Shown: positions 29,420 to 41,685 of the stretch, in pieces | Layout: each line of letters starts with the position of its first letter | Numbering within the stretch: position 1 is the stretch's first letter | NCBI RefSeq assembly: GCF_030532965.1 | Contig: NZ_JAUNKC010000007.1 | Coordinates: 50,046-114,045, forward strand | DNA length: 64,000 nucleotides | Reading direction: 5' to 3' | Origin: Corynebacterium sp. | GTDB lineage: Bacteria > Actinomycetota > Actinomycetes > Mycobacteriales > Mycobacteriaceae | The notes under the pieces: model-generated | Seen by the model: the letters and a program-made list of their open reading frames with translations, nothing else | Databases searched by the model: none | Told to the model about the DNA's origin: nothing | Translations under genes and position numbers: made by a program

Positions 29420-30352
29420 ATGAGTTCTGAAAAAGCCCACGACCAGGTGCTCGACGCCACCCCCGTGACCGCAGATGACCCCGTAAAAGTCGTGCGGGGC
29501 ACCTCTCGGTACAAGCTGTATGTGCGGCGGTTTTTCCGTAACAAACCCGCTGCTGTCGGCCTAGTAATTTTCGCGTTTCTCACCCTCATCGCCATCTTCG
29601 GCGAGAAGCTCAGCGCCTGGGATTTCTTCGACCCGGACTTTTTAAATCTCAGCGCCCCTCCGTCTCCGGAACACTGGTTCGGCACCACCGATTCCGGCCA
29701 TGACCTATTCGCCCAAACTGCCCACGGCCTGGGCCGGTCGATGGTCATCGCTATTTCCGTGTCCCTGGCCAGCACCATTCTTTCCGCTCTCATCGGCGCT
29801 GGTGCTGCGTTGTATGGCGGGAAAGTCGAGGCCGTGGTTCTGGCCATCATCCACTTCATGATGGCCATTCCGTCCTTCCTCCTGCTCGCCCTTCTGGTTT
29901 CCGATTCGGGCGGCGACTGGAAACTTCTGATCGTCGTGCTCATCGCCTTCGGCTGGATGTTCCCCTCCCGTGTCATTTGGTCGCTATCGCTGACCGTTCG
30001 GGAGAATGATTTCGTGCGGGCCGCTAAGTACATGGGTGTGTCTCGCCCGCTGATCATCATTCGCCACATGTTGCCGAACATCGGCTCGTTACTTGTTATC
30101 CAGTTCGTCCTCGGTGTCGTCGCCACTGTTATGTCGGAAACCGCCTTGTCCTTCCTGGGCTTGGGTGTGAAGCTTCCCGATGTCTCCTTAGGTACGTTGC
30201 TCTCTGGCGGTACGTCTTCACTTTTGACAGCCCCGTGGAACTTCTACTTCCCTGCCGGTGCGCTTACCTTACTCACCGTTTCTATGGCACTGATCGCTGA
30301 CGGCCTGCGCGATGCGCTTGACCCCAATTCCAAGTCCGGAGGCAAGGCATGA
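29420..30352 (+). CDS. Peptide ABC transporter permease (DppC/OppC-like).
   Basis: 310 aa. BPD_transp_1 topology. Follows 2 nt after the previous stop. Confidence 0.8.
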   Translation: MSSEKAHDQVLDATPVTADDPVKVVRGTSRYKLYVRRFFRNKPAAVGLVIFAFLTLIAIFGEKLSAWDFFDPDFLNLSAPPSPEHWFGTTDSGHDLFAQTAHGLGRSMVIAISVSLASTILSALIGAGAALYGGKVEAVVLAIIHFMMAIPSFLLLALLVSDSGGDWKLLIVVLIAFGWMFPSRVIWSLSLTVRENDFVRAAKYMGVSRPLIIIRHMLPNIGSLLVIQFVLGVVATVMSETALSFLGLGVKLPDVSLGTLLSGGTSSLLTAPWNFYFPAGALTLLTVSMALIADGLRDALDPNSKSGGKA

Positions 30353-32262
30353 TCTCCCCTGATACTTCTACACCCCAACCAGTTCTTTCTGTATCTGACC
30401 TTAATGTCTCCTTCCCATCCGAGGCGGGAAAGGTCTCTGCAGTCCGTGGTGTCAGCTTCGACCTGTACCCCGGCCGCACCCTCGGTATCGTTGGTGAATC
30501 TGGCTCCGGCAAATCCGTAACGTCCATGGCTGTGATGGGACTATTGCCGCAATACGCAACCATCACCGGTTCGGTGAAGTTCGCGGGCGAAGAACTCATC
30601 GGAAAGACTGATACCCAAATGTCGAAGATTCGTGGCAAGGGCATCGGCATGATTTTCCAAGACCCGCTGTCGGCTCTCACGCCCGTATTCGACATCGGCA
30701 CGCAGTTAGTCGAGGCGATTCAAGCCCACCAAAAAGTTTCCAAGCAACAAGCGACCAAGCAGGCAATCGAGCTTCTGGACTTGGTGGGAATCAAGGAACC
30801 CCAGAAGCGAATCCGTTCCTTCCCTCATGAGTTTTCCGGCGGTATGCGGCAGCGCGTGGTGATCGCCATCGCCATCGCGAATAACCCCAAAGTTCTGATA
30901 GCGGACGAACCGACAACCGCACTGGATGTGACCATTCAGGCGCAGATTCTTGATGTCATCAAGATCGCGCAGCAAGAAACCGGCGCGGCCACCATCATGA
31001 TCACCCACGATATGGGTGTCGTGGCGGGAATTGCCGACGACGTCATGGTTATGTACGCCGGTCGCCCCGTAGAACAGGCGGACGTCTATACCTTGTTTGG
31101 CCAACCACGTATGCCCTACACCGTGGGGCTGCTGGGATCGACGCCACGACCAGACGTGTCTTCGGAAGAACCGCTCACGCCGATCTCGGGTAATCCGCCC
31201 ATCCTGGTCGATCTCAAGGACCAATGCCAATTTGCGGTTCGCTGCCCTGTCGCCATTGACCAGTGTTTGGCGGGGGAACCGCAACTACGCAGCGTCGAAA
31301 AGCACGACAACCACACCGCTGCTTGCGTGCGCGCCGACGAAATCGTCGACGGCGAAATAGACGGGCAGAAGATGTTTAAAATCCCGGAGCAATCGCCGGA
31401 TCTTTTGGCGGACATTCCGCGTTCTGAGCGCACAGTCACCTTGCAAGTTGACAACCTCACCAAGGAATTCCCGCTGGTGAAAGGTTCGATCATCAAACGT
31501 CGAGTCGGTTCCGTCAAGGCCGTCAACGGCATTAGCTTCGACATTCGCGCTGGTGAATGCATGGCCATTGTGGGCGAGTCTGGCTGCGGCAAAACAACAA
31601 CGCTGCTTGAGATCATGGATCTCAACCCGAAAAACGGCTCGGTGGTGCTCAATGGCGTCGATGCCGCGAGCATGACGAGCAAACAACGCCGCGAAGCCCG
31701 CAAAGATATCCAAATCGTGTTCCAGGACCCCATGAGTTCGCTAAACCCCCGGCTTACCGTCCGGGAGGTTATCGCGGAACCGTTGCAATCTCTGGGATAC
31801 GACGGCGACATTGATGAGCGCGTCGCGGAGCTGATGAAACTCGTTGGTTTGGATGCCTCCCAGATCGACCGCTTCCCGGGGCATTTCTCCGGTGGTCAGC
31901 GGCAGCGCATCGGCCTGGCCCGTGCATTGGCGACGAACCCCAGCGTCATCGTGTTGGACGAGCCGGTATCCGCGTTGGATGTCTCTATCCAAGCAGGCGT
32001 GATTAACCTTTTGGACGATCTCAAGCGGAAGCTAGGTTTGTCGTACCTCTTCGTCGCCCACGACCTGTCCGTTGTTCGGCACCTTTCCGACCGCGTGGCG
32101 GTTATGTATAAGGGCGAGTTCGTGGAAGAAGGCGCAGTTGATGACATTTTCGACAACCCGCAACATGCGTACACCAAAGCTTTGTTGTCTGCCATTCCGA
32201 TCCCAGACCCTACCGTGGGACGGAATCAGGTACGCACAAAGTACACGGAAGACTCGGCTTAG
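30349..32262 (+). CDS. Fused peptide ABC transporter ATP-binding protein (DppD-DppF-type, two ABC domains).
   Basis: Walker A GESGSGKS and GESGCGKT. Two LSGG signatures. Oligopeptide C-terminal extensions. Confidence 0.85.
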   Translation: MISPDTSTPQPVLSVSDLNVSFPSEAGKVSAVRGVSFDLYPGRTLGIVGESGSGKSVTSMAVMGLLPQYATITGSVKFAGEELIGKTDTQMSKIRGKGIGMIFQDPLSALTPVFDIGTQLVEAIQAHQKVSKQQATKQAIELLDLVGIKEPQKRIRSFPHEFSGGMRQRVVIAIAIANNPKVLIADEPTTALDVTIQAQILDVIKIAQQETGAATIMITHDMGVVAGIADDVMVMYAGRPVEQADVYTLFGQPRMPYTVGLLGSTPRPDVSSEEPLTPISGNPPILVDLKDQCQFAVRCPVAIDQCLAGEPQLRSVEKHDNHTAACVRADEIVDGEIDGQKMFKIPEQSPDLLADIPRSERTVTLQVDNLTKEFPLVKGSIIKRRVGSVKAVNGISFDIRAGECMAIVGESGCGKTTTLLEIMDLNPKNGSVVLNGVDAASMTSKQRREARKDIQIVFQDPMSSLNPRLTVREVIAEPLQSLGYDGDIDERVAELMKLVGLDASQIDRFPGHFSGGQRQRIGLARALATNPSVIVLDEPVSALDVSIQAGVINLLDDLKRKLGLSYLFVAHDLSVVRHLSDRVAVMYKGEFVEEGAVDDIFDNPQHAYTKALLSAIPIPDPTVGRNQVRTKYTEDSA

Positions 32263-32387
32263 TCGTAGGTGTTGGCGCTGACATAACGTCTCCACCAACA
32301 ACTACCACTCAGCCACATAGACCTGCTGGAAGATTCCTTCCAGCATTATCCCCACCCCCTTAAAAAACGAAGGAGGATCAACGCAGT

Positions 32388-34079
32388 ATGAAAAAGAACA
32401 TTCGCATCGCTGCGATGGCAACCTTGTCGGTCGCTGCATTGACCCTAGGTGCCTGCGCATCTAACGGCGAAGGCGGCTCTTCATCAGGCAAGGCCAAAGT
32501 TGAAGTTAATCTAGCTGGCGATTACAACGAATTAGACCGCGACCAGATCAAGGACGGCGGTGAACTGGTACTGCCGATCGAAGAAATCTCCGAGCAGATG
32601 AATGATTCGCACGGCAACTCCACCCGGTACGCCCGTGACCTCAATTACTGGATTCACCCAAAGCTAACCCTGCTCAACGGCAAGGGCGATTGGGAGCCGA
32701 ACCCGGACTACCTAACGAGCGTTAAGGACGAGGTTGTCGACGGCAAGCTCGTTGTCACCTACGACATCCACGAGAAGGCAACCTTCAACGACGGAACCCC
32801 TATCGACTGGAAGGCCTTTGAGCACACCTGGAAGATGACCAATGGCTCCAACCCGGACCTCCAGGTTTCTTCCACCGATGGTTACGACCTCATCGAATCG
32901 GTGGAGCGCGGCGAGTCCGATAAGCAAGCCGTTGTGAAGTTCAACGGAACCTACCCATGGTGGCAGCAAGTATTCAGCGGTCTTCTGCACCCCGCAGTGA
33001 ACACCCCTGAAATCTTCAACGAAGGCTTCATCAATAACCCACACGACGAGTGGGGCGGCGGTCCGTTCAAGGTAGAAAAGTGGGATCCAAACGGCGGCAC
33101 CGTCACCTTCGTACCTAACGAGAAATGGTGGGGCGATAAGCCAAAGCTGGACAAGGTCACCTTCCGTCAGATGGAAGACAAGGCCATGATCAACGCCTTC
33201 AAAGCCGGCGAAATTGACTCCACTCGCGTAGCCAATAAAGACAACCTGGCCGTAGCTCAGTCCATGGGCGATGCCATCGACATCCGCGGCGCGCTGCAAA
33301 ACTCCAATTCGCTACTCACGCTGAATGCTCAGGCACCACAGCTCAAGGACGTGAAGGTCCGTGAAGCAGTCTTCGCCGGCATTGACCGTGCCCAGGTAGC
33401 GGCCATCCGCTTCAATGGCCTCGACTACACCGAAAAGCTTCCAGGCTCCTTCTTCCTGTACCAGACCCAGGAAGGCTACGAGGATAACTTCGGTTCGGTT
33501 GTTTCCTACGATCCAGAAAAGGCCAAGAAGCTTCTCGACGAAGCCGGCTGGGTTGAAGGCGCTGACGGCATCCGCGAAAAGGACGGCGAGAAGCTGTCCC
33601 TCCGGTACATCGTCATCGGCGATAACCAAATCATCAAATCCATGGCTTCCGCTGTCCAGAAGATGCTGAAAGACGTCGGCATTGACGTGAAGATCGAAGA
33701 GCGCCCAAGCTCCGACTTCTCGAAGGTTATAACCAAAAAGGACTTTGATATTTTCCCAATGGGATTCTCTTCTTCCTCTCCGTGGGGCACCGCATTCTTC
33801 GGCCAGACCTACAAGTCGGACTCGGAGCTGAATCGCTCCGGCACCGGCAGCCCAGAATTGGACGCCAAGATTGACGCATTGCAGAAGCTTCCAACCGCTG
33901 AAGAGCAAATCGCTGAAGCAAACAAGCTGGAAAAGGAAGCCTTCGAACAGTACGGCATCATGCCAATGTACAACGGCCCTAACTTGGTTGGTACCAAGAA
34001 AGGCCTGGCCAACTACGGCGCATATGGTTTCGCTTCCGTCGCTATGGAAGACATCGGCTGGGCTAAAGACGCCAGCTAA
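32388..34079 (+). CDS. Family-5 peptide/nickel ABC substrate-binding lipoprotein.
   Basis: Lipobox LTLGACASNG. SBP_bac_5 architecture, 563 aa. Confidence 0.85.
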   Translation: MKKNIRIAAMATLSVAALTLGACASNGEGGSSSGKAKVEVNLAGDYNELDRDQIKDGGELVLPIEEISEQMNDSHGNSTRYARDLNYWIHPKLTLLNGKGDWEPNPDYLTSVKDEVVDGKLVVTYDIHEKATFNDGTPIDWKAFEHTWKMTNGSNPDLQVSSTDGYDLIESVERGESDKQAVVKFNGTYPWWQQVFSGLLHPAVNTPEIFNEGFINNPHDEWGGGPFKVEKWDPNGGTVTFVPNEKWWGDKPKLDKVTFRQMEDKAMINAFKAGEIDSTRVANKDNLAVAQSMGDAIDIRGALQNSNSLLTLNAQAPQLKDVKVREAVFAGIDRAQVAAIRFNGLDYTEKLPGSFFLYQTQEGYEDNFGSVVSYDPEKAKKLLDEAGWVEGADGIREKDGEKLSLRYIVIGDNQIIKSMASAVQKMLKDVGIDVKIEERPSSDFSKVITKKDFDIFPMGFSSSSPWGTAFFGQTYKSDSELNRSGTGSPELDAKIDALQKLPTAEEQIAEANKLEKEAFEQYGIMPMYNGPNLVGTKKGLANYGAYGFASVAMEDIGWAKDAS

Positions 34080-34093
34080 GTAACCACCGATAA

Positions 34094-34134
34094 CCGGGAC
34101 ATTGCTTCAGTCCGAAGCCATGCCCCGGTTTTTT
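34094..34134 (+). terminator. Putative intrinsic terminator after the peptide ABC operon.
   Basis: ACCGGG...(nested GCTTCagtccGAAGC)...CCCGGT followed by TTTTTT. Confidence 0.4.
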
Positions 34135-34138
34135 GGGG

Positions 34139-34717
34139 TTATGGGTATAAATATTCCACCCCAGCCACACCCTTAAGCAGGTCGGGGTCGACGGGTTCGC
34201 CGGTACGGAAGATGGACAGCTCGCCGGTCGGCTCAAGGATCATAAGCTGCACGTATTTCATATTGGGGATTCCAGCGCGCCGCACTGCGTGCTTGATGTC
34301 GGAGCGAGAAATATGGCTTTTGCGGATTTGTTTCATGATGATCTCACCATTGGCGACCACAACCTGCGGCCGTCCGTCCAATGCTGCCCGAATCGGCCCG
34401 ACGCCGCGTGCGATGCCGAAGACTGCTTCCAGCACCATGAGCGTTATCAGGCCGATGACGCCGGAGGCGAGCGTCGGCGGGTGGCCGACGATAACACGGC
34501 CAGCAACTGCCCCGAACATGACAATGACCACCGCATCAAAGGTGGTCATTTTTGCTAAAATCCGGGAGCCGAATATGCGTACCAGCACCAAGAACGCGAA
34601 GTAGATTCCTACCCCACTCATGACAACCACGGGGATTCGCCATGGCTCGATGGTGAGTTGGGTTGTCATGAATGTCAGTAGCCGGTCCACATTTTCACTG
34701 TACCGCCAAGGTTGCAT
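34139..34717 (-). CDS. DUF421/YetF-like membrane protein.
   Basis: N-terminal 3 TM plus a C-terminal soluble YetF-like domain. Confidence 0.5.
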   Translation of the reverse strand: MQPWRYSENVDRLLTFMTTQLTIEPWRIPVVVMSGVGIYFAFLVLVRIFGSRILAKMTTFDAVVIVMFGAVAGRVIVGHPPTLASGVIGLITLMVLEAVFGIARGVGPIRAALDGRPQVVVANGEIIMKQIRKSHISRSDIKHAVRRAGIPNMKYVQLMILEPTGELSIFRTGEPVDPDLLKGVAGVEYLYP

Positions 34718-34740
34718 GCGATACAGTCAGGTGTTCCGGT

Positions 34741-35367
34741 TTAGAACTTGAAAATACGCGGCAGAAAGCTTAACGCCCCTGCAATCAAAGCTCCGATTGC
34801 ACCCAATGCACCTAGAATGCCACCAACAATTTTCCATGTACCCGAAGAAGAACTGCCACCGGGCTGAGCTTTCTCAGAAACAATGATTACGGTAAACGCC
34901 GTAGAATCGCCGAAAAACGTCCCTATCGTAATTCTTCCCGCCATCGTTGGGGTGTAGGTGGTTCGGTAGGTCGCACTATCCCCAACGCGCATTGCCTGCA
35001 CTGTTGAATCACCAATCATGATGGGAAGTGCATCTGGTAATTCCATCATGTCGCCCTCACCAGGGGCTAGTGTGACTTCAATCGTTGTCGTCTCCCCCAC
35101 GCTCAATCGACTTGGGTTGACGTTGAAATTGATCGGAATCGATTGCACTGATTCCTTAGCAGGTAGATCAGTTTCTGATTCAGAAGCTACGCCTGAGGTA
35201 ACAGCAGTTTCATGAGAGCCAGTTTCTGGCATTTGATCTTGGGATGAATAAGACACATCCTGCTGAGGATTCTCAACGGCTGAAGCTGACGTAAGGTTGC
35301 TTAAAGAACCCATAAACATAGTCGCTACTGCAAGGGCTGCCACGTTCTTTCGTAATCGGAGGTACAT
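34741..35367 (-). CDS. Secreted protein with a C-terminal TM anchor (hypothetical cell-surface protein).
   Basis: Signal peptide AALAVATMFMGSLSNLTSASA. Ser/Thr-rich. C-terminal IVGGILGALGAIGALIAGALSFL. Confidence 0.45.
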   Translation of the reverse strand: MYLRLRKNVAALAVATMFMGSLSNLTSASAVENPQQDVSYSSQDQMPETGSHETAVTSGVASESETDLPAKESVQSIPINFNVNPSRLSVGETTTIEVTLAPGEGDMMELPDALPIMIGDSTVQAMRVGDSATYRTTYTPTMAGRITIGTFFGDSTAFTVIIVSEKAQPGGSSSSGTWKIVGGILGALGAIGALIAGALSFLPRIFKF

Positions 35368-35592
35368 TTGATAATCCTTTCATGTCGATGGCTCATGCCA
35401 GTAACTATTCAACGTTTACCAGCAAAATGAATTGACAGGCATTGGATTAAGTCCCGAAAAACGCTAAGAACTTTTCTGTGGGTCATAACCATGCTGTACA
35501 TCTTTCAACATCAATGGAATCGAAATTATTCCGTTGCCCAACCGATTACTACAGCGACTATCGTTACATCACGGCATGATGAGGTTACCGGG

Positions 35593-36459
35593 TTAAAAAC
35601 GTTGCAAAGCTGACCTGGCACGCTCGTACATGGCAATTGCGGCAGCCACCGAAACATTCAACGACTCAATCGCTGAACTAATGTCGATCCGATATCGCGA
35701 GGTCGCGGCTTCATGCATAATTAACGACGGCCCGGTTTTCTCGCTGCCCAGCACCAAACCAACACGCGGTGCCAATCCCCCGATCTCGGTGATTGCGTGC
35801 TCAGCGCCCCCGTCCAACACCGCGAGCGGAATATCCTTGGCCCGCGCCTGGGCCACGGCTTCTTCTGGTTCCGCAAACACGACCGGGATGGAAAACACCG
35901 TACCCCGGCTGGCGCGAATCAGCCGCCGGTCGACCAAATCCGACAGGCCGCTATCAACCACTACCACCCCCGCGGCGCGAAATGCACAAGCGTTGCGAAT
36001 AATCGCGCCGATATTGCCCACCAAACGCACCCCATCGAGCACAATAATGTCCCCCGGCCGATCGAGAATATCAGTTAGCTGCGGCCGATCGTGCCACCTA
36101 GCTAACGCAAACACCCGCGACAGCCGCTCCGAGCCGAAGATGTCGCGCACATCAGTATGCGCCACGCACGCGATATCCGCGCCAGACAGCACTGGATTGT
36201 CTAGAAAACCTGCGGGAGGGTGCGCGTTGGAACTTATAAAAACCCCAAGCAGCTCGACCCCCGCGCGGGCCGCCTGGAGGATGTTATCCTCATCGTCGAT
36301 AACGAATAAGGTCGGGTTGAGGTCGCGGTTACGCAGTGTCTCCTTTACCCGCACCAGGCGGATATCCGAGGCATGGCACACTGGCAATTGACCGAGCTCG
36401 TCCTTGTTGTCCACGAAGTACCCTTTCGGAAAACCAATTGTGCTTGTCGACGCACACAC
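35593..36459 (-). CDS. SpoU/TrmH-family RNA 2'-O-methyltransferase.
   Basis: SPOUT-domain motifs (LVLGSEKTG, ...IPM-like region). 288 aa. Confidence 0.7.
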   Translation of the reverse strand: MCASTSTIGFPKGYFVDNKDELGQLPVCHASDIRLVRVKETLRNRDLNPTLFVIDDEDNILQAARAGVELLGVFISSNAHPPAGFLDNPVLSGADIACVAHTDVRDIFGSERLSRVFALARWHDRPQLTDILDRPGDIIVLDGVRLVGNIGAIIRNACAFRAAGVVVVDSGLSDLVDRRLIRASRGTVFSIPVVFAEPEEAVAQARAKDIPLAVLDGGAEHAITEIGGLAPRVGLVLGSEKTGPSLIMHEAATSRYRIDISSAIESLNVSVAAAIAMYERARSALQRF

Positions 36460-36512
36460 GTCCCCCTAACTTACCGCCCTGCGGCTATAAACAGCAAGGC
36501 AAACAGCACAAG

Positions 36513-36541
36513 AGCCCCACCTCGCCGAAGCGAGATGGGGC
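36513..36541. terminator. GC-rich hairpin downstream of tuf (tuf terminator).
   Basis: GCCCCACCTCGC-cgaa-GCGAGATGGGGC with T/U-rich flanks on both strands. Confidence 0.45.
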
Positions 36542-36599
36542 TTTTGAAAAAAGATCGCGAAGGATCACTGCTGCCACGATGTGTGTGGCGGAAGTGAGA

Positions 36600-37793
36600 T
36601 TACTTCAGGATCTTGGTGACACGACCAGCGCCAACGGTACGGGAGCCTTCGCGGATAGCGAAGCGCAGACCTTCGTCCATAGCAACTGGCTGGATCAGGG
36701 TAACGGTCATGTCGACGTTGTCGCCAGGCATAACCATCTCGGTGCCCTCAGGAAGCTTCACAACACCGGTAACGTCGGTGGTGCGGAAGTAGAACTGTGG
36801 GCGGTAGTTGTCGAAGAATGGGGTGTGGCGGCCACCTTCATCCTTGGACAGAACGTAAACGGAAGCTTCGAACTCGGTGTGAGGGGTGTAAGCGCCTGGC
36901 TTAACAACAACCTGACCGCGCTCAACTTCGTCACGCTTGATACCACGGAGAAGCAGACCACAGTTGTCGCCAGCTTCGGTGTAGTCGAGAAGCTTACGGA
37001 ACATCTCGATACCGGTAACGGTGGTGGTGGTGGACTTTTCCTTGATACCGATGATCTCAACGTCTTCGTTAACGTTCAAGGAACCGCGCTCAACACGACC
37101 GGTAACAACGGTACCGCGGCCGGTGATGGTGAAGATGTCCTCGATAGGCATGAGGAATGGCTTGTCGGTCTCACGAACAGGATCTGGAATGGAGTCATCG
37201 CAAGCCTGCATGAGGTCGAGGATAGCCTGGGTCCACTTAGGATCGCCCTCGAGCGCCTTCAGAGCGGAGATCTGGATGATCGGTGCTTCCTCATCGTAAT
37301 CCTGCTCAGCGAGCAGCTCACGAAGCTCAAGCTCAACCAGCTCGATGATTTCTTCATCAACGTCTGGGGAGTCACACTTGTTCAGTGCAACGAGGATGTA
37401 AGGAACACCAACCTGGCGAGCCAACAGAACGTGCTCACGGGTCTGCGGCATAGGACCGTCGGTAGCAGCAACAACGAGGATTGCGCCGTCCATCTGAGCA
37501 GCACCGGTAATCATGTTCTTGATGTAGTCGGCGTGACCTGGAGCGTCAACGTGTGCGTAGTGGCGCTTCTCGGTCTGGTACTCCACGTGGGAGATGTTAA
37601 TGGTGATACCGCGCTCTTTTTCTTCCGGAGCCTTGTCGATGGCGTCGAAAGCGAAAGCTTCGTTCAGGTCTGGGTATGCGTCAGCCAGAACCTTGGTGAT
37701 AGCAGCGGTGGTGGTGGTCTTACCGTGGTCAACGTGACCGATGGTACCGATGTTTACGTGAGGCTTAGTACGCTCGAACTTTGCCTTTGCCAC
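36600..37793 (-). CDS. tuf: Elongation factor Tu.
   Basis: 397 aa. GHVDHGKTT and DCPGHAD-type motifs. Near-identity to EF-Tu. Confidence 0.97.
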   Translation of the reverse strand: MAKAKFERTKPHVNIGTIGHVDHGKTTTTAAITKVLADAYPDLNEAFAFDAIDKAPEEKERGITINISHVEYQTEKRHYAHVDAPGHADYIKNMITGAAQMDGAILVVAATDGPMPQTREHVLLARQVGVPYILVALNKCDSPDVDEEIIELVELELRELLAEQDYDEEAPIIQISALKALEGDPKWTQAILDLMQACDDSIPDPVRETDKPFLMPIEDIFTITGRGTVVTGRVERGSLNVNEDVEIIGIKEKSTTTTVTGIEMFRKLLDYTEAGDNCGLLLRGIKRDEVERGQVVVKPGAYTPHTEFEASVYVLSKDEGGRHTPFFDNYRPQFYFRTTDVTGVVKLPEGTEMVMPGDNVDMTVTLIQPVAMDEGLRFAIREGSRTVGAGRVTKILK

Positions 37794-38119
37794 TAGTTGT
37801 CCTCCTGGACTTCGTGGTGGCTACGAAACTCGCAGCCACGGGTTTGATCAGTGCTGTACATTCTAGCTGCTAATTCGGCAGCCTGGCAGCACAGCTATTA
37901 CAAATGTGCCAATTACATGATCCTAAGCGCCCAGCGCTAGTTTTTCAAACCGCTACCGGAATATTCTAGGAATCTTTCAGGGTAACGGCCGTCTAAAACC
38001 TAGAGTGTAACTCAATGCCTTAGAAGGCCGCTACCCCCAATTTCGGAGCGAGTTCCCGCTTGGCACGGCGGGAACCGTCCGTTAAAGCTGGGGTTGTGCC
38101 CTAAAACCCGCTAGGGGTT

Positions 38120-40246
38120 TTAAGAACCAGTGCGCTCAGCAATGATGTCTGCTGCAACGTTGGTTGGAACCTCAGCGTAGGAGTCGAAGATCATGGTGTA
38201 GTTAGCACGACCCTGGGTCTTGGACCGCAGGTCACCAACGTAACCGAACATCTCAGACAGCGGAACCTTAGCCTTAACAACCTTGGCGCCAGCACGGTCA
38301 TCCATAGCGTTGACCTGACCACGACGGGAGTTAATGTCGCCCACAACTTCGCCCATGTACTCTTCCGGAGTAATGACCTCAACAGCCATCACTGGCTCAA
38401 GCAGGACTGGCTTTGCCTTAGCAACGCCTTCCTTCAATGCCTGGGAACCGGCGAGCTTGAAGGCCATTTCGGAGGAGTCAACTTCGTGGTATGCACCGTC
38501 GAGCAGGGTTGCCTTGATGTTCACCAGCGGGAAGCCAGCCAAGAAACCGTACTGCATTGCGTCCTGGATACCTGCGTCCACGGATGGGATGTATTCCTTT
38601 GGAACACGACCACCGGTAACAGCGCTTTCGAACTTGTAGATTGCGGACTCGCCCTCTTCCAAGGTCTCTGGCTCTGGTGCGTATGGCTCGAGAGCAACGA
38701 TAACCTTCGCGAACTGACCGGAACCACCGGTCTGCTTCTTGTGGGTGTATTCGATCTTCTCGACTGGCTTACGGATGGTCTCACGGTATGCAACCTGTGG
38801 GTTACCAACGTTAGCTTCAACCTTGAATTCGCGCTTCATGCGGTCAACCAGAACGTCGAGGTGAAGCTCGCCCATGCCGCCAATAACGGTCTGGCCGGAC
38901 TCGGAGTCAAGCTCAACGGTGAAGGTTGGGTCTTCTTCAGCCAGCTTCTGGATAGCCAGACCCAGCTTCTCCTGGTCGGACTTGGTCTTAGGCTCGATGG
39001 AAACCTTGATAACCGGATCCGGGAAGTCCATGGACTCGAGGATGATTGGGTTGTTTGCGTCGCAGAGGGTGTCACCAGTGGTGGTGTCCTTCAGACCGAT
39101 GAACGCGTAGATGTTACCAGCGCGTGCCTCGTCAACTGGGTTTTCCTTGTTGGCGTGCATCTGGAACAGCTTACCGATGCGCTCTTTCTTACCCTTGGTG
39201 GAGTTAGAAACCTGTGCGCCTGGCTCAACGAGACCGGAGTACACACGAACGAAGGTGAGCTTACCGAAGAATGGGTGCACGGCGATCTTGAACGCAAGAG
39301 CTGCGAACGGTTCATCAACGGAAGGCTTACGAACAACCTTGGTGGACTCGTCGCCAACAGCGTGGCCAACAACTTCACCGATGTCCAGTGGGTTAGGCAG
39401 GTAGTCGATAACCGCGTCGAGAAGCGGCTGAACACCCTTGTTGCGGTAAGCGGTACCGCACAGCACTGGGTAGATCTCGGAGTTGACGGTCATCTTGCGG
39501 ATGGCGCCCTTGATCTCCTCGATGGTCAGTTCTTCGCCACCGAAGTACTTCTCCATGAGTTCTTCATCGGACTCAGCAACAGCTTCGAGCAGCTTCTCGC
39601 GGTACTCTTCGGCCTTGTCCTGCAGGTCGGCTGGGATTTCCTCGATGGTTGGTTCCGCACCGGTCTCGACCTTGCCACGCCAGGTGATGGCACGCATGTT
39701 CACCAGGTCGACAACGCCGTCGAAGTCATCCTCAGCACCGATAGGCAGCTGAAGAACCAATGGCTTAGCGCCCAAGCGGTCGATGATGGTCTGCACGGTG
39801 TAGTAGAAGTCAGCACCGAGCTTGTCCATCTTGTTCACGAAGCAGATACGAGGAACGTCGTACTTAGCAGCCTGGCGCCACACCTGCTCGGACTGCGGCT
39901 CAACGCCTTCCTTGCCGTCGAAAACAGCAACTGCGCCGTCGAGAACACGCAGGGAACGCTCAACCTCAACGGTGAAGTCAACGTGACCAGGGGTGTCGAT
40001 GATGTTGATCTGGTTACCGTTCCAGAAACAGGTAACAGCAGCGGAGGTAATGGTGATACCGCGCTCTTTTTCCTGCTCCATCCAGTCGGTGGTTGCGCCG
40101 CCGTCGTGGGTTTCGCCCACCTTGCGGTTGATACCGGTGTAGAAGAGGATACGCTCGGTTGTGGTGGTCTTACCAGCATCGATGTGGGCCATGATGCCGA
40201 TGTTGCGGACCTTGTTCAGATCCTTAAGCACTTCTTGTGGTGCCAC
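38120..40246 (-). CDS. fusA: Elongation factor G.
   Basis: 708 aa. [12 protein letters not shown] domain order. Confidence 0.97.
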   Translation of the reverse strand: MAPQEVLKDLNKVRNIGIMAHIDAGKTTTTERILFYTGINRKVGETHDGGATTDWMEQEKERGITITSAAVTCFWNGNQINIIDTPGHVDFTVEVERSLRVLDGAVAVFDGKEGVEPQSEQVWRQAAKYDVPRICFVNKMDKLGADFYYTVQTIIDRLGAKPLVLQLPIGAEDDFDGVVDLVNMRAITWRGKVETGAEPTIEEIPADLQDKAEEYREKLLEAVAESDEELMEKYFGGEELTIEEIKGAIRKMTVNSEIYPVLCGTAYRNKGVQPLLDAVIDYLPNPLDIGEVVGHAVGDESTKVVRKPSVDEPFAALAFKIAVHPFFGKLTFVRVYSGLVEPGAQVSNSTKGKKERIGKLFQMHANKENPVDEARAGNIYAFIGLKDTTTGDTLCDANNPIILESMDFPDPVIKVSIEPKTKSDQEKLGLAIQKLAEEDPTFTVELDSESGQTVIGGMGELHLDVLVDRMKREFKVEANVGNPQVAYRETIRKPVEKIEYTHKKQTGGSGQFAKVIVALEPYAPEPETLEEGESAIYKFESAVTGGRVPKEYIPSVDAGIQDAMQYGFLAGFPLVNIKATLLDGAYHEVDSSEMAFKLAGSQALKEGVAKAKPVLLEPVMAVEVITPEEYMGEVVGDINSRRGQVNAMDDRAGAKVVKAKVPLSEMFGYVGDLRSKTQGRANYTMIFDSYAEVPTNVAADIIAERTGS

Positions 40247-40477
40247 GATTGTCCTAACTTATGTAGCTGGAGTTCCAGTTTGGCGGAACTCACTACGGGT
40301 AGTGTTTGTTCAATTTTGCCAGTGTGTGGCGAAATCTTTACGCACCAACGTGGTAGTTGGTATGACGCGTCGTCCAAGTGACAATAAGACCCAACCAGGA
40401 AAGCCTGGCGGTGAAAGCCGGTGCGTTCATCTCCGGTTGGGTCATTGACTATCACTTTTCGACGGTCGTGGCGATGA

Positions 40478-40945
40478 TTACCAGCGGTAGTGAGCGAACG
40501 CGCGGTTGGCTTCTGCCATCTTGTGGGTATCTTCGCGACGCTTCACGGAAGCACCCAAACCATTTGCTGCATCCAGAATCTCGTTAGCGAGACGCTCGAT
40601 CATGGTGTTCTCACGACGCTGACGGGTGAAGGTCACCAACCAACGCAGAGCAAGGGTGTTTGCACGAGCTGGGCGAACCTCAACCGGAACCTGGTAGGTT
40701 GCGCCACCAACGCGGCGGGAACGAACCTCGAACTCAGGCTTGATATTGCCGAGGGCCTTTTCCAGGGTCAGAACTGGGTCGGTACCGGTCTTTTCCTTGC
40801 ACTTTTCCAAAGCACCGTAGACGATACGCTCAGCGACGGACTTCTTGCCGTCCTTCAGAACCTTGTTCACCAGCTGGGTAACAACCTCAGAACCATATAC
40901 TGGGTCGTTGACGATAGGGCGCTTTGGAGCTCTATTCTTACGCAT
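40478..40945 (-). CDS. rpsG: 30S ribosomal protein S7.
   Basis: Sequence identity to S7. Confidence 0.95.
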   Translation of the reverse strand: MRKNRAPKRPIVNDPVYGSEVVTQLVNKVLKDGKKSVAERIVYGALEKCKEKTGTDPVLTLEKALGNIKPEFEVRSRRVGGATYQVPVEVRPARANTLALRWLVTFTRQRRENTMIERLANEILDAANGLGASVKRREDTHKMAEANRAFAHYRW

Positions 40946-40950
40946 TTAGA

Positions 40951-41322
40951 TTACTTCTCCTTCTTTGCGCCGTAGCGGGAACGAGCCTGCTTACGATCCT
41001 TAACGCCCTGGGTGTCCAGTGCGCCGCGGATGATCTTGTAGCGAACACCTGGGAGGTCCTTCACACGACCACCACGAACGAGCACCATGGAGTGCTCCTG
41101 GAGGTTGTGGCCCTCACCTGGGATGTATGCGGAAACCTCAATGCCAGAGGTCAGGCGCACACGAGCGACCTTACGCAGTGCGGAGTTAGGCTTCTTAGGG
41201 GTGGTGGTGTACACACGAGTGCACACGCCACGACGCTGTGGGGAACCCTTCAGCGCAGCGGTCTTCACCTTTGCAGGCTTATCGTGGCGGCCCTTACGGA
41301 CCAGCTGCTGAATTGTTGGCAT
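40951..41322 (-). CDS. rpsL: 30S ribosomal protein S12.
   Basis: [15 protein letters not shown]... The start is at the internal ATG. The ORF-track 5' extension is rejected. Confidence 0.9.
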   Translation of the reverse strand: MPTIQQLVRKGRHDKPAKVKTAALKGSPQRRGVCTRVYTTTPKKPNSALRKVARVRLTSGIEVSAYIPGEGHNLQEHSMVLVRGGRVKDLPGVRYKIIRGALDTQGVKDRKQARSRYGAKKEK

Positions 41323-41685
41323 GAACCGTCTTTCTATATTTTTATATTTCTCTTGAGGGAGAAACCTTATGCTTTGCAGTTTTACCGTGGCACACACCTA
41401 CCCCCTAAAGACCCTATACAAACGAAAATAGGGGCTCTTTTCCGGGGCCGCTTCCGTGTGTTCCATCAAGTTAAGAAAACAACCAACAATCGTTGATGTT
41501 CCACTTCCATAATGGATAAACCATCAGGCAAAACTTGAGGCTCCCAACACATATACATGTGGGACTTCAATGCAGCCTATACAGATTTGCACCCCTAGTC
41601 AAATCTTCGGCGAAAACTTCAGCGTGAGGCTCTAGAACAAAAACTACGCACATTTACCATTCTCCAACGACCCCACACTAGGCCG

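Noticed and set aside
29224-30126. 300-aa minus-strand ORF overlapping the dppC-like gene
   Set aside because: It is antisense to a confidently assigned ABC permease. The Arg/Ser/Thr-rich translation has no domains.
38101-38125. AAACCCGCTAGGGGTTT hairpin immediately after the fusA stop, considered as the fusA terminator
   Set aside because: The stem is short (6-7 bp) and lacks a convincing downstream U-tract on the minus strand. The tuf promoter region follows, so read-through or attenuation cannot be distinguished from sequence alone.
36336-40381. + strand ORFs of 486 aa (antisense to tuf) and 631 aa (antisense to fusA)
   Set aside because: They are antisense to EF-Tu and EF-G. The compositionally biased (G/V/D/L-rich) products have no motifs.
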